Part shown: in pieces, positions 10,501-18,592 of the stretch
Layout of the letters: each line of letters starts with the position of its first letter
Numbering within the stretch: the first letter of the stretch is position 1
DNA from: Candidatus Poribacteria bacterium
GTDB lineage: Bacteria; Poribacteria; WGA-4E; WGA-3G
NCBI GenBank assembly: GCA_965205015.1
Contig: OZ242029.1
Span: forward strand, 1,216,001-1,280,000
Length of the DNA: 64,000 bases
Reading direction: 5' to 3'
Position numbers and translations under genes: made by a program
Notes under the pieces: generated by a model
The model's input: only the letters and a program-made list of their open reading frames with translations
Databases searched by the model: none
Told to the model about the DNA's origin: nothing

Positions 10501-11685
10501 GTTCCAGGTCTGACCGCCATCCTCACTCATTGCCATAGTCCCGCGTCTACCGACTGCAATGGCGCGATTTGCATTCGTAAATTGGACGTTCTGCAAGTCA
10601 TTCGCAGTCGTTCCACTGGTCATCTGCCATGTCGCGCCGGCATCCATCGTGTGCAAAATAGTGCCGTACCACCCAATTGCCCATGCCTCTGTAGGTGTCG
10701 TAAACTGGATTCCTGTTAAATTATTTTCCGTTCCACTTTCCATCAACTGCCAGTTGTCGCCCCCGTCTTCGGTCCGCGTAATAAAACCGACATCTGCTAC
10801 GGCGACCCCGTAATTTTCATCTGTGAAATGGATACTGTTGATGGTATCCCGGACGTGTCCATTAATGAGTGGGATACGACTGTCTTGACGCTCCCAATTG
10901 ATACCGGCGTTCGTTGTGTGGAAAATAGAGCCGTCACTGCCGACAATCCAACCTTCATTATCGCTGACGAAGAAGACCTGTTTATTGTCATTGATCATCC
11001 GGTCGCGTTCCCCCGCAAAGCGATTGCTCTGCTCTCGCCACGATTCGCCGCCGGTCTTGGTATGAAGAATTCTATCGTGAGTTCCGACAACCCATCCCGT
11101 TGAATCGTTGACGAACCAGACGCCATTGAGCATAAACTCGCTGACGTACTCGTACCGTTTCCACTCTTTCCCGCCGTTCTTGGTGTAGAGGACATCCGAA
11201 TCTTCTCCAACAATCCATCCCTCTTTTGAATTGGCGAAAAAGACATCAAGGAGCATCGCGGAGGTGCCACTCCGTTGCAAGGTCCAGTGTCTACCACCGT
11301 CGTCGGTTGACGCAACCAACCCTTCATCACCGACTGCCCACCCATAGTCTGCGTTCGTAAAGTAAACGGCTTTGAAGTCTAAGGAGGCATCAGGAATACG
11401 AAAGCCTGGGCTTGTTGTATCGACCTCCTGTTGCTTCCACGTCTTTCCACCGTCTGCGGTATGGATAATTAACCCTTTCTCCCCGACAATCCATCCTTGT
11501 TTATGATTGACGAAGTAGAGATCGGTGAAGTGTGTCTCCCAATCCGCCTTTCGGGTCGCTTCCATCTTGACACAACCGTTAAAAAGGAACAAGATGCCAA
11601 ACAAAAGTGGCAGGATAAGGCTATTAACAGCGAGTTTTAATTGATACAACACGCCAAAACGGGTCAGACTCCGTATCAAACTCAT
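7546..11685 (-). CDS. YCF48/BNR (Asp-box) repeat multi-beta-propeller lipoprotein, 1379 aa
   Basis: Many GW.VG..G.I.HT.DGG.TW repeats; FNGC lipobox-like; internal acidic and Pro/Arg-rich linker. Confidence 0.85.
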   Translation of the reverse strand: MSLIRSLTRFGVLYQLKLAVNSLILPLLFGILFLFNGCVKMEATRKADWETHFTDLYFVNHKQGWIVGEKGLIIHTADGGKTWKQQEVDTTSPGFRIPDASLDFKAVYFTNADYGWAVGDEGLVASTDDGGRHWTLQRSGTSAMLLDVFFANSKEGWIVGEDSDVLYTKNGGKEWKRYEYVSEFMLNGVWFVNDSTGWVVGTHDRILHTKTGGESWREQSNRFAGERDRMINDNKQVFFVSDNEGWIVGSDGSIFHTTNAGINWERQDSRIPLINGHVRDTINSIHFTDENYGVAVADVGFITRTEDGGDNWQLMESGTENNLTGIQFTTPTEAWAIGWYGTILHTMDAGATWQMTSGTTANDLQNVQFTNANRAIAVGRRGTMAMSEDGGQTWNEIETDIWDGIWNIYFATDKHGWAVGERGLIVHTNDGGTNWERQRGPSAFTLRSVHFIGPQVGWAVGDLGSIIHTIDGGKTWLSQTATGDFLSLMLKGVFFLDEKKGWAIGWPGVCLTTEDGGLTWNQQTTGTFNELYAVYFADENTGWIVGQFGEILHTTNGGERWNFQRSGTQANLNKLYFAGTQHGLIVGDDGVMLTTVNGGKKWEVQESGTDNDLYGLALSPDGVVAVGKGGIAMRYSIEEAELPAKLPPVAEEPEIITAEAEIPVEPVDYHWDIMRQATWRTNFADTYFVDAQKGWAVGSGGAIAHTTDGGKTWLPQHSGVSEDLRQVEFSDEKHGRILGAGILLQTENGGETWKPILQATQQNLPRVSTMHFLNAEVGWLGATIGQFVHTTDGGKTWKIQKTGTTLANITDIHFINSQVGWAVTPQRRDGGFILHTVDGGDYWKIQAKTNQAGVAVHFADENRGWVVLGNGNALLTGDGGETWRLQTTTRSTRGNLRSITFHSHTNAWGLGGGGVYITEDQGVNWKLVSVDTGEDADDNMFAMEASNEEFNPFLLGESEIEIEETEEAEAEGAEGPTLTYDETPEEIQNRLRAQWQRPGRFAPEGELPPNAEQATPPTVQRQQQPPPPPPEPRGRRGRGARRIANVYFLNAEHAWAVGSGGSIYHTADGGETWERQLGEQQRNDFREVLFYDEKNGWIAGDGGVLLETQDGGQTWETLRSRTRQRLIGVHFASLEPEKWGWAMQRDGTVLYTTDGAAWTAGDTPEQPPFMEGDSPGTFSLNDVDFGKFSEGWAVGRLGYIIHNKDGGPTWTPQRTTANDTLMDVDMKFAPLGWAVGRSGVTQRTINGGEYWRLHETKINYDLNAVSFAAKRTGWAAGEAGIVLKTTDGGFNWAPKSTGVHKTLHGIIALSEKEVYAVGEEGIIIRSTDGGETWEQEHTDIDNNLYVITRSKDGKALWVVGQWGVVLRRKLETQGQMSMR

Positions 11686-11835
11686 TTTTACCTCCGATCA
11701 TTTGTTCTTGTGGGCAAGCCGAGGGAATAACTTGAATTTCTTCAGATATTTAGACAGACTTCTCCACGCTTTTGTTCACGTTTTAATTAAGCAAGTTTCA
11801 ATATTAAACTTCAAGTTTTGAATCCACAAGTGGGT

Positions 11836-11913
11836 TAGAAGATTGGAAGCATGGAAGGTTGGAAGATAGCGGACACAGTGTTCCTTCCAGTCTTCCTGTT
11901 CTTCTATCCTTCC
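11836..11913. repeat. Octamer-based inverted repeat (ggaag.. units followed by cttcc.. units)
   Basis: tagaagattggaagcatggaaggttggaag...ccttccagtcttcc...ctatccttcc; same family as 26673..26756. Confidence 0.7.
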
Positions 11914-11944
11914 TCAAAACCTGAAATTTGTTTCTTAATATTGC

Positions 11945-12847
11945 TTAATAACCACTGTCACCACCAAAAAGACCGGAGCGCGCGATCGCAATACCGATTG
12001 CGATAACAACGGGTAACGCAATCGCTGCTATCTGGACAAGTGTAGAACGCCGTGTCCCGAGCTCCTGAACTCCTTTTATGCGTTTGACATGTACAAAGCA
12101 CAGTGAAATTAACAACAGAATCACACTCACCGTCGGTACTTCTGCAAAAAAGTAACCGTTCATCCAGATACCGATAAGTAGAAGCGTCAGAATCGGCGAG
12201 GTACTGCCCGGAAAAACGAACCACTTCCTGTCTCGCTGTAGAACGAGCGTAATTATCCAACTTGCGACAAAAAGTGCCACTAAAATCCCCGCGTGCTGTG
12301 CTAACCGCAAACTGCCTGAAAGTGCCAGAATCAAGGCGGTCCCTCCAGAGAGTCCACAATAAACGAACGGACCAGGCGCACCAGCGGGTAAGGCACTAAA
12401 ACTGCCTTCTACGATATGCCAAAACATGAAGATGACAACAGCAAGACCCACCCACCAGATAATTCCCTCAATGGGTCCCCATGTGTACTTGAATGTTGAC
12501 GTTAGCAGCAGACGCGGTATAATTATAGAAATTGCTATCTGTGCTATCGGTCCCCACACCGCCAAATGCCAAAAACTCGCAACGATCAACCCGATAATAG
12601 CGAGATAACAGAGCCACTGTGTTCCCAGACGGGGCGGGAATACGGGCAACCCTTCTAAACCGAGATAGCCAATTATATAGCCAACCCCCAAGGCGGCAGC
12701 GATGAGCCACCCCGCAAATCCATCTTGCTCTTTCTCATTTCCAGCAGTTGCGTATTTTTTGGGAGCAAACGATCTCGCGAATATAAGAATCGCACTACCG
12801 ACGACGGTGGGTAGGAGTAAACCGAGAACAAGCTGCTTCATTAGCAT
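11945..12847 (-). CDS. Multi-pass membrane protein, function unknown
   Basis: About 9-10 hydrophobic segments; directly downstream of the YceI gene. Confidence 0.75.
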   Translation of the reverse strand: MLMKQLVLGLLLPTVVGSAILIFARSFAPKKYATAGNEKEQDGFAGWLIAAALGVGYIIGYLGLEGLPVFPPRLGTQWLCYLAIIGLIVASFWHLAVWGPIAQIAISIIIPRLLLTSTFKYTWGPIEGIIWWVGLAVVIFMFWHIVEGSFSALPAGAPGPFVYCGLSGGTALILALSGSLRLAQHAGILVALFVASWIITLVLQRDRKWFVFPGSTSPILTLLLIGIWMNGYFFAEVPTVSVILLLISLCFVHVKRIKGVQELGTRRSTLVQIAAIALPVVIAIGIAIARSGLFGGDSGY

Positions 12848-12873
12848 CGCGGATCTCCCTCCATCGGATATAT

Positions 12874-13491
12874 CTACTTCTGCTTGGCTTCAATCGTGAC
12901 GATAAGACGGACGTCGTCGCTGACAGCGCCGACACCGTAGGTCATGCCGAAATCGCTCCGCTTAATCGTGAAGACGGTTTCAAACCCGATCATAGATTCA
13001 CCGCGCTCGCCTGTCCCTTTACCGGTAATCGCGACATCCACGGTGATAGATTTCTTAACCCCGAGGAGCTCAAGATCCCCTGTGACTTCCAACACATCTT
13101 CTTTCCCTTCCTTCATATCCACTTGTGTGCTCTGGAAGGTTATCACAGGAAACTGCTTCGCGCTGAAGAAGTCTGGACTTCTGAGGTGCTGATCGCGCTT
13201 GTTGTTAGCAGTATCAATGCTCGCTGCTTTTACTTCAAATTGTACCGTGCTTTTGGACACATCGGTTTCGTCAATCATGAGATTGCCACCGAACTCATTG
13301 AATCTGCCGTAGTTGTAGCTAATACCCTTGTGTTTTGCACGAAAAATTATCATTGAATGCGAGGTATCAATTTCGTATGTAACGGCTGCCTCGGCGAAGG
13401 GTCCATTTCCAACGAAGCCGATGATGAGTAAGGCTAAAACAAGACCAGCAGTATAGGGAATTCGTTGGGTGCGTCCTAAGTAGGTTTTCAT
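12874..13491 (-). CDS. yceI: YceI family lipid/polyisoprenoid-binding periplasmic protein
   Basis: IDTSHS, GRF, SIDT..KRDQHLRSPDFF, IKRSDFG motifs; start moved to the ATG with SD aaggag. Confidence 0.9.
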   Translation of the reverse strand: MKTYLGRTQRIPYTAGLVLALLIIGFVGNGPFAEAAVTYEIDTSHSMIIFRAKHKGISYNYGRFNEFGGNLMIDETDVSKSTVQFEVKAASIDTANNKRDQHLRSPDFFSAKQFPVITFQSTQVDMKEGKEDVLEVTGDLELLGVKKSITVDVAITGKGTGERGESMIGFETVFTIKRSDFGMTYGVGAVSDDVRLIVTIEAKQK

Positions 13492-13514
13492 CGTGAAAAA
13501 TCTCCTTAATCTAT

Positions 13515-13603
13515 AGGACTTACGCAATTTTCATGAAGTGCCTCATATTGCGCCATTGACGAGGTGAGGAAACCTCGCCAGCAGGGCGGACTGCGTAGGT
13601 CCT
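13515..13603. mobile_element. MITE-like element with terminal inverted repeats aggacttacgca / tgcgtaggtcct
   Basis: Inverted ends plus an internal cgagg...cctcg hairpin; lies in the yceI leader. Confidence 0.55.
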
Positions 13604-13664
13604 GATCTATTTGATTTGATAGTTCAATTTTGTAAGTATCTTTTGCCTTGTATTCGGCAAAAGA

Positions 13665-13693
13665 AGTATACCGTATTTTCTGACAGATGTCAA
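13665..13693 (-). promoter_or_regulatory. Sigma70-type promoter for the yceI operon
   Basis: Minus strand TTGACA-17 bp-TATACT. Confidence 0.7.
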
Positions 13694-13719
13694 CATGAAA
13701 TGTTCGGCACAAAATTTTC

Positions 13720-13749
13720 TTGAATTTCATTACAAAATTGTGATATAAT
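13720..13749 (+). promoter_or_regulatory. Sigma70-type extended -10 promoter for the plus-strand cluster starting at 14065
   Basis: TTGAAT-18 bp-TATAAT with TG at the extended -10 position. Confidence 0.65.
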
Positions 13750-13760
13750 TATTAAATTAT

Positions 13761-13984
13761 ACAGAACTTGCGCAGCATCCTGTGCTGGCGAGGTTTATGA
13801 GGATTAACAATTTAATTCGGTAATGCGTGGGCAGGTAATGCGTGGGCAGGCACAAGACCCGGGGAAACACCCAAGCAAAAACCCCCTACAGTCGTTTTTT
13901 GGGATAGAATTACCGAAATATTTTCTTAAACCGCGCCAGCGGCGTGTGGGCCGTAGGTCTTCCATAGAAATTGCGTAAGTCCTA
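13761..13984. mobile_element. Nested composite repeat (element within element)
   Basis: Outer arms match the reverse complement of 4908..4971, but a 131-bp insert (13797..13927) splits the hairpin loop. Confidence 0.75.
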
Positions 13985-14064
13985 TTATCAAAGTTATGTC
14001 AACTGCGACATCTTGGGGGCAACTTACCGAAATCGTGTAATGAGAGGGAGGGTTTTCAACAAAA

Positions 14065-15663
14065 ATGAAAGTATCGCTATCAAAGTTTAAGATTTACTTA
14101 GGCGTGTATCTGTTCTGTTTTGTAGCGTTAAGCCCGCATGTAACGGCAGACCAGCACGCTACAGATTCAAAAATTAGTTTTCATTCCCAGATTGTCCCGC
14201 TCCTCAAACGGAGTTGCCAAGGATGCCATCATCCTGGGGATCCAAATGGCGATCTGATTGTGACAACCTACGCAGCACTCAAACAAGGTGGAATGGCGGG
14301 GGATGCCATTGTCCCTGGAAAACCGGATGAAAGTCTCCTCATTGAACTTATCTCCGGCGATGAACCCGCAATGCCACAAAACATGGAACCCCTCTCCGCT
14401 GAAGAGGTCGAACTGTTCCGACGCTGGATTCTCGAAGGTGCACACGACGACACACCCGCTGAAGTCGACGATATGGGCGACGGAAACTATCCGACCTACA
14501 CAGTGCCTCCCGTGGTCACGGCACTGGCATACTCGCCGGATGGTAGCACCCTCGCGGTGTCGGGATTCCGCGAAATTTTGTTGTATGACACAACGAACTT
14601 TGAACGCAAAGGGCGCTTGGTCGGTAAAGCACATCGCATAGAATCGCTGACGTATACGGCAGATGGAAAGATTTTAGGCATGGCAGGTGGCTCCCCTGCC
14701 CAATTCGGCGAAGTGCAGCTATGGGATACCGCAACGAACACACTCATCAAAGCGATGCGTTCCAGCTATGACACCGTGTACGGACTCTCGTTCTCACCAG
14801 ATGCAAGCCGGGTCGCCTTCGGATGTTCAGACCAGACGGTCCGCGTCCTGTCCGTTGAAGACGAGAAAGAACTGATTAAATTCGACAACCACAGCGACTG
14901 GGTCTTCGGTACGATTTTCTCTACCGATGGTTCCCACTTCGTGAGTTGCGGGCGCGATACTGCCCTCAAATTGGTTGAGGTAGATACAGGCTCTTTCGTT
15001 GACGACATCAATTCCAGCAACAAGGGGTATGGAGAAATTAACACGCTCGCGCGGCACCCGACGAAAGATCAGGTTTTGAGTGCTGGTGAAGATCGAATCC
15101 CGCGGCTCTACAAAATCTTTCGCGAAATACGCAGAGATGTCGGGAATACGGATTTCAATCTCATCCAAGCGTATGAAGCACAGTCGGGTACAATTGAAGG
15201 CGTCGCGTTCTCAGCAGACGGTAGCCGGTTCGCGACTGGCAGCGCAGGCGGTGAAGCCCGTATCTACAACGTGGAAGACGGAAAACGTTTAGCAAGCATG
15301 CAAGGCGATGCAGTGGGTGTTTTCGCAGTTTCGTTCCATCCAGATGGCACGCAGCTCGCTACAGGCGGTTTTGATGGAAAGATTCGGATATTTGATACCG
15401 CTACCGGCAAACTACTGGATGCCTTTATGTCTGTCCCGATTGAACCCGCCGGAAGCGAGGATGTCGCTTTAGTCGTGACAGGCATGACGTGAGGGGCGTG
15501 CGTTGCCAAAGTGCAGGATGCACTTACACAGCACCAAAATGTTATTAGTGTTGAAGTTTCCCTCCCCGATCAAGCCATTATTAAAGTTAGGAAGAACACC
15601 ACCACCGCGGACGCTCTTGCAGACATCGTGAAAGCGACAGGATTTAGTGCGAAGGTTAAATAA
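14065..15663 (+). CDS. Planctomycete-type cytochrome c (PSCyt1) + WD40 propeller + C-terminal HMA domain; probable selenoprotein (TGA 15490..15492 = Sec), 532 aa
   Basis: Signal peptide, CQGCH heme motif, WD40 repeats. Frame continues through TGA as GMT-U-GACVAKVQDAL...GFSAKVK to TAA at 15661..15663. Confidence 0.88.
15509..15525 (+). promoter_or_regulatory. Candidate bacterial SECIS apical hairpin
   Basis: aagtgca-gga-tgcactt perfect 7-bp stem, G-starting loop 23 nt after the TGA. Confidence 0.7.
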
Positions 15664-15689
15664 GGCGCGAAGGATACTGGGGGTTTCCT

Positions 15690-16034
15690 ATGACAATACA
15701 GGAACTACAAGAGATTATGTCTCAGCGGTTTGAAGCACAGGATAAGATGATCGTGCAGCGGTTTGAAGCACAGGATAAGATGATCGCGCAGCGGTTCGAG
15801 GGAATAGATCAGCGGTTTGAGGCGATAGATCAGCGATTTGGGGCATTAGAGAAACGCCAGGACCGCATTGAAACGCGTATGGATCGTATGGAAGGCAAAC
15901 TCGATAAAGTCGTGGAACTTGTCGCTATGTTACACGGGGAACGGGCATTTGCAGGCCGCTTTTGGAAGCATGCGGCGTGGATCACGCCAACCGTTATCGC
16001 CCTTGCTGCGCTCATCAAGAGTTTCTTTCTCTAG
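15690..16034 (+). CDS. Small coiled-coil protein with C-terminal TM helix
   Basis: QRFE.ID repeats; 33-bp-period direct repeat 15723..15786; hydrophobic C-terminus. Confidence 0.75.
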   Translation: MTIQELQEIMSQRFEAQDKMIVQRFEAQDKMIAQRFEGIDQRFEAIDQRFGALEKRQDRIETRMDRMEGKLDKVVELVAMLHGERAFAGRFWKHAAWITPTVIALAALIKSFFL

Positions 16035-16052
16035 ACATATAGAGGCTGACGT

Positions 16053-17504
16053 ATGGCTCTCAAGGCACCCAATATCCTCTGGGTTTGCACGGATCAACAG
16101 CGTTACGACACAATCGGCGCATTAGGGAATCCGTATGTGTCCACACCGAACATCGATAATTTAGTGGCGGAAGGGGTGGCGTTCACGCACGCCTATTGTC
16201 AAAGCCCTATCTGTACCCCGAGCCGAGCGAGCTTTCTCACGGGGATGTATCCAAACGCAACACACGCGATCCGCAACGGAAACGATTTTTTTCCAGATGC
16301 GTATCCGCTTGTAACGCGCACCCTCGCAGATATCGGTTATGATTGCGGGCTGATTGGCAAACTTCACCTTGCGAGTGCATACGGTCGGGTGGAACCCCGC
16401 GTAAACGACGGCTACCGTTATTGGCAATACAGCCATGCGCCACGCGACGACTGGGAACAGGGACACGACTACGCCGATTGGGTCCGCACGCAGGGATACA
16501 TTTTAGGCGAGTTGAACCAGAACCCGGAAGGTGTACCAGCGGAGTTGCATCAGACGACCTGGTGTGCGGAAAAGACGATTGCGTTTATTCGCGAAGACCG
16601 GGAGGATTCCCCGTGGCTCGCGAGTGTTAATATCTACGACCCACATCCGCCGTTCAATCCACCACAGACACACCGAGACCAATATAATCCGGCGGAAATG
16701 CCAGAGCCGATTTTCCGAAACAGTGATCTGGAACAGCAGACCCGGCTACAAGCCGTCGATTTTCAATCCAAAGTCCGTACACCTGATGAACTGGACATTC
16801 GGAGTCCAATCTTACCGCAGACCCCGCGTCAAGAAGCAGAGGCAGTCGGGGCGAGAGATGCCAAAACACTCATAGCTGCCTATTACGCCATGATCCAACT
16901 GATTGACGAGCAGTTCGGTAGGATCCTTGAAGCACTTGACGAAACAGGGCAACGGGAAAACACCGTCATCATCTTCACGAGTGACCATGGAGAGACACTC
17001 GGCGACCATGGACTCATCCAAAAGGGGTGTAGATTCTACGAAGGTTTGGTCAGGGTGCCTCTGATTTTTTCATGGCAGGGACAATTTGCGAGTGGACTCA
17101 AGAGTGACGCACTCGTTGAACTCGTTGACAAAGCCCCGACGCTCTTGGAATTGGCGGGTTTAGCAGTCCCGGAGGAGATGCACGGCAGATCACTTCTGCC
17201 GATCCTTCGAGGTGAAGCGGATCCGAACCATCACCGCGATTTCGTCCGATGTGAGTACTACGACGCTGTGGACCTGCCGGATCACACTTTCGCAACAATG
17301 TATCGAAATGAACGTTACAAATTAGTAGTGTATCACGGGCACGAAGCGGGTGAACTCTACGATTTAATTGAGGATCCGGACGAATTTGAGAATCTCTGGC
17401 ATGTCGGTGCGAAACAAGGGGTCAAATTTGAACTTCTAAAACAGAGTTTTGATGCCTCCATGCTCGCCATGGACAAAGGCTCCCGGCGCGTCGGACCGAT
17501 GTGA
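16053..17504 (+). CDS. Sulfatase (Cys-type, formylglycine-dependent), no signal peptide
   Basis: PNILW..DQQR, CTPSRAS..TG, GKLH, SDHG motifs. Confidence 0.92.
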   Translation: MALKAPNILWVCTDQQRYDTIGALGNPYVSTPNIDNLVAEGVAFTHAYCQSPICTPSRASFLTGMYPNATHAIRNGNDFFPDAYPLVTRTLADIGYDCGLIGKLHLASAYGRVEPRVNDGYRYWQYSHAPRDDWEQGHDYADWVRTQGYILGELNQNPEGVPAELHQTTWCAEKTIAFIREDREDSPWLASVNIYDPHPPFNPPQTHRDQYNPAEMPEPIFRNSDLEQQTRLQAVDFQSKVRTPDELDIRSPILPQTPRQEAEAVGARDAKTLIAAYYAMIQLIDEQFGRILEALDETGQRENTVIIFTSDHGETLGDHGLIQKGCRFYEGLVRVPLIFSWQGQFASGLKSDALVELVDKAPTLLELAGLAVPEEMHGRSLLPILRGEADPNHHRDFVRCEYYDAVDLPDHTFATMYRNERYKLVVYHGHEAGELYDLIEDPDEFENLWHVGAKQGVKFELLKQSFDASMLAMDKGSRRVGPM

Positions 17505-17513
17505 GGAATTGTG

Positions 17514-17606
17514 ATGGAATGGGTTGCAATTTCCGCGTTTGCAGTGTTTATCATTGGACTCGGGATAGTCGGTGGAAAGGCGATACACCACGCCTACAAA
17601 GATTAA
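17514..17606 (+). CDS. Putative 30-aa single-TM microprotein MEWVAISAFAVFIIGLGIVGGKAIHHAYKD
   Basis: Own translation; SD-like gagga at 17503..17507; fills the gap between the sulfatase and the methyltransferase. Confidence 0.55.
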   Translation: MEWVAISAFAVFIIGLGIVGGKAIHHAYKD

Positions 17607-17625
17607 ACTTTGATAAAACGAAATT

Positions 17626-18417
17626 ATGCTTGAACACAACACTATCCATTGCGGCGATACGTTTCATCTACTGAAAGCGGTAGAAGATGCCTCTGTGGAC
17701 CTGATTGTGTGCGATGGACCGTATGGCATAACAGGAAATTCGTGGGACGAGATTTCCTCAATTCAGGAATTTAATCTCACGCTTATCCAAAATTTCGCGC
17801 CGAAACTGAAGGATGGAGGCGCGCTCTATCTGTTCGGGAAACCGGACTGTATCGACTTCATTGACTATCGAGAATACTTAAATCTGCGTTCAAAGATCAT
17901 CTGGTATCAACCGAGTCGGCTCGCACAGGGACGTATCAGTTACACGAACAACTACGACATTATCTGCTACTTTATTAAGGGCAAAAAGCCGCGGTGCTAC
18001 AACTTGGACGCTATCAGAGTTTCGCAACTTGTTGAGTTAGCGCATCGGAGTCGGTGTGAAAATGTGCCATCGGTAACGAACGGCAAATTTGGCAAGACGA
18101 AATACAATCCGAAAGGAAAGAATCCCGGCGATGTCTGGGGCGATATAAAGCAATTAACCTATAAATCCAAGGAATTGGTGAGTCGAAAAGCCCTCAACAC
18201 GATCCAGAAACCGGAGAAGCTCATTGAGCGGATTGTATTGGCGAGTTCATTACCGGGAGATTTGGTTCTGGATCCTTTTGCTGGCGTCGGCACTTGCCCT
18301 GTTGTGTGTAAGCGACATCAACGGGAGTTTATCGGGTTTGAGATTGAACCGAGTTTTGTAAAAGCAGGGAATGAACGCCTTCGTGCGTGCTATAACGACT
18401 CAGCTTTGCCTTTATAG
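17626..18417 (+). CDS. Site-specific DNA methyltransferase (N4-C/N6-A, beta class), orphan
   Basis: N-terminal DGPY (DPPY-like) motif; QKP; C-terminal VLDPFAGVGT SAM motif. Confidence 0.88.
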   Translation: MLEHNTIHCGDTFHLLKAVEDASVDLIVCDGPYGITGNSWDEISSIQEFNLTLIQNFAPKLKDGGALYLFGKPDCIDFIDYREYLNLRSKIIWYQPSRLAQGRISYTNNYDIICYFIKGKKPRCYNLDAIRVSQLVELAHRSRCENVPSVTNGKFGKTKYNPKGKNPGDVWGDIKQLTYKSKELVSRKALNTIQKPEKLIERIVLASSLPGDLVLDPFAGVGTCPVVCKRHQREFIGFEIEPSFVKAGNERLRACYNDSALPL

Positions 18418-18448
18418 GGGCGATATCGGCGAATTCTACGCGAAAGAC

Positions 18449-18477
18449 TTGACAAAAACGTTAATTTATGATACTAT
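18449..18477 (+). promoter_or_regulatory. Sigma70-type promoter
   Basis: TTGACA-17 bp-TACTAT with extended TG. Confidence 0.75.
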
Positions 18478-18592
18478 TTATGGTAAATTAGCGGAAAAAG
18501 GAACCCGATACGAACATTAATGCCACTTATAGAGGATGCTATCAGTCGTAAGCATCTACGCACCACCTTGCGTAAAGATACAAGGAGCACCC

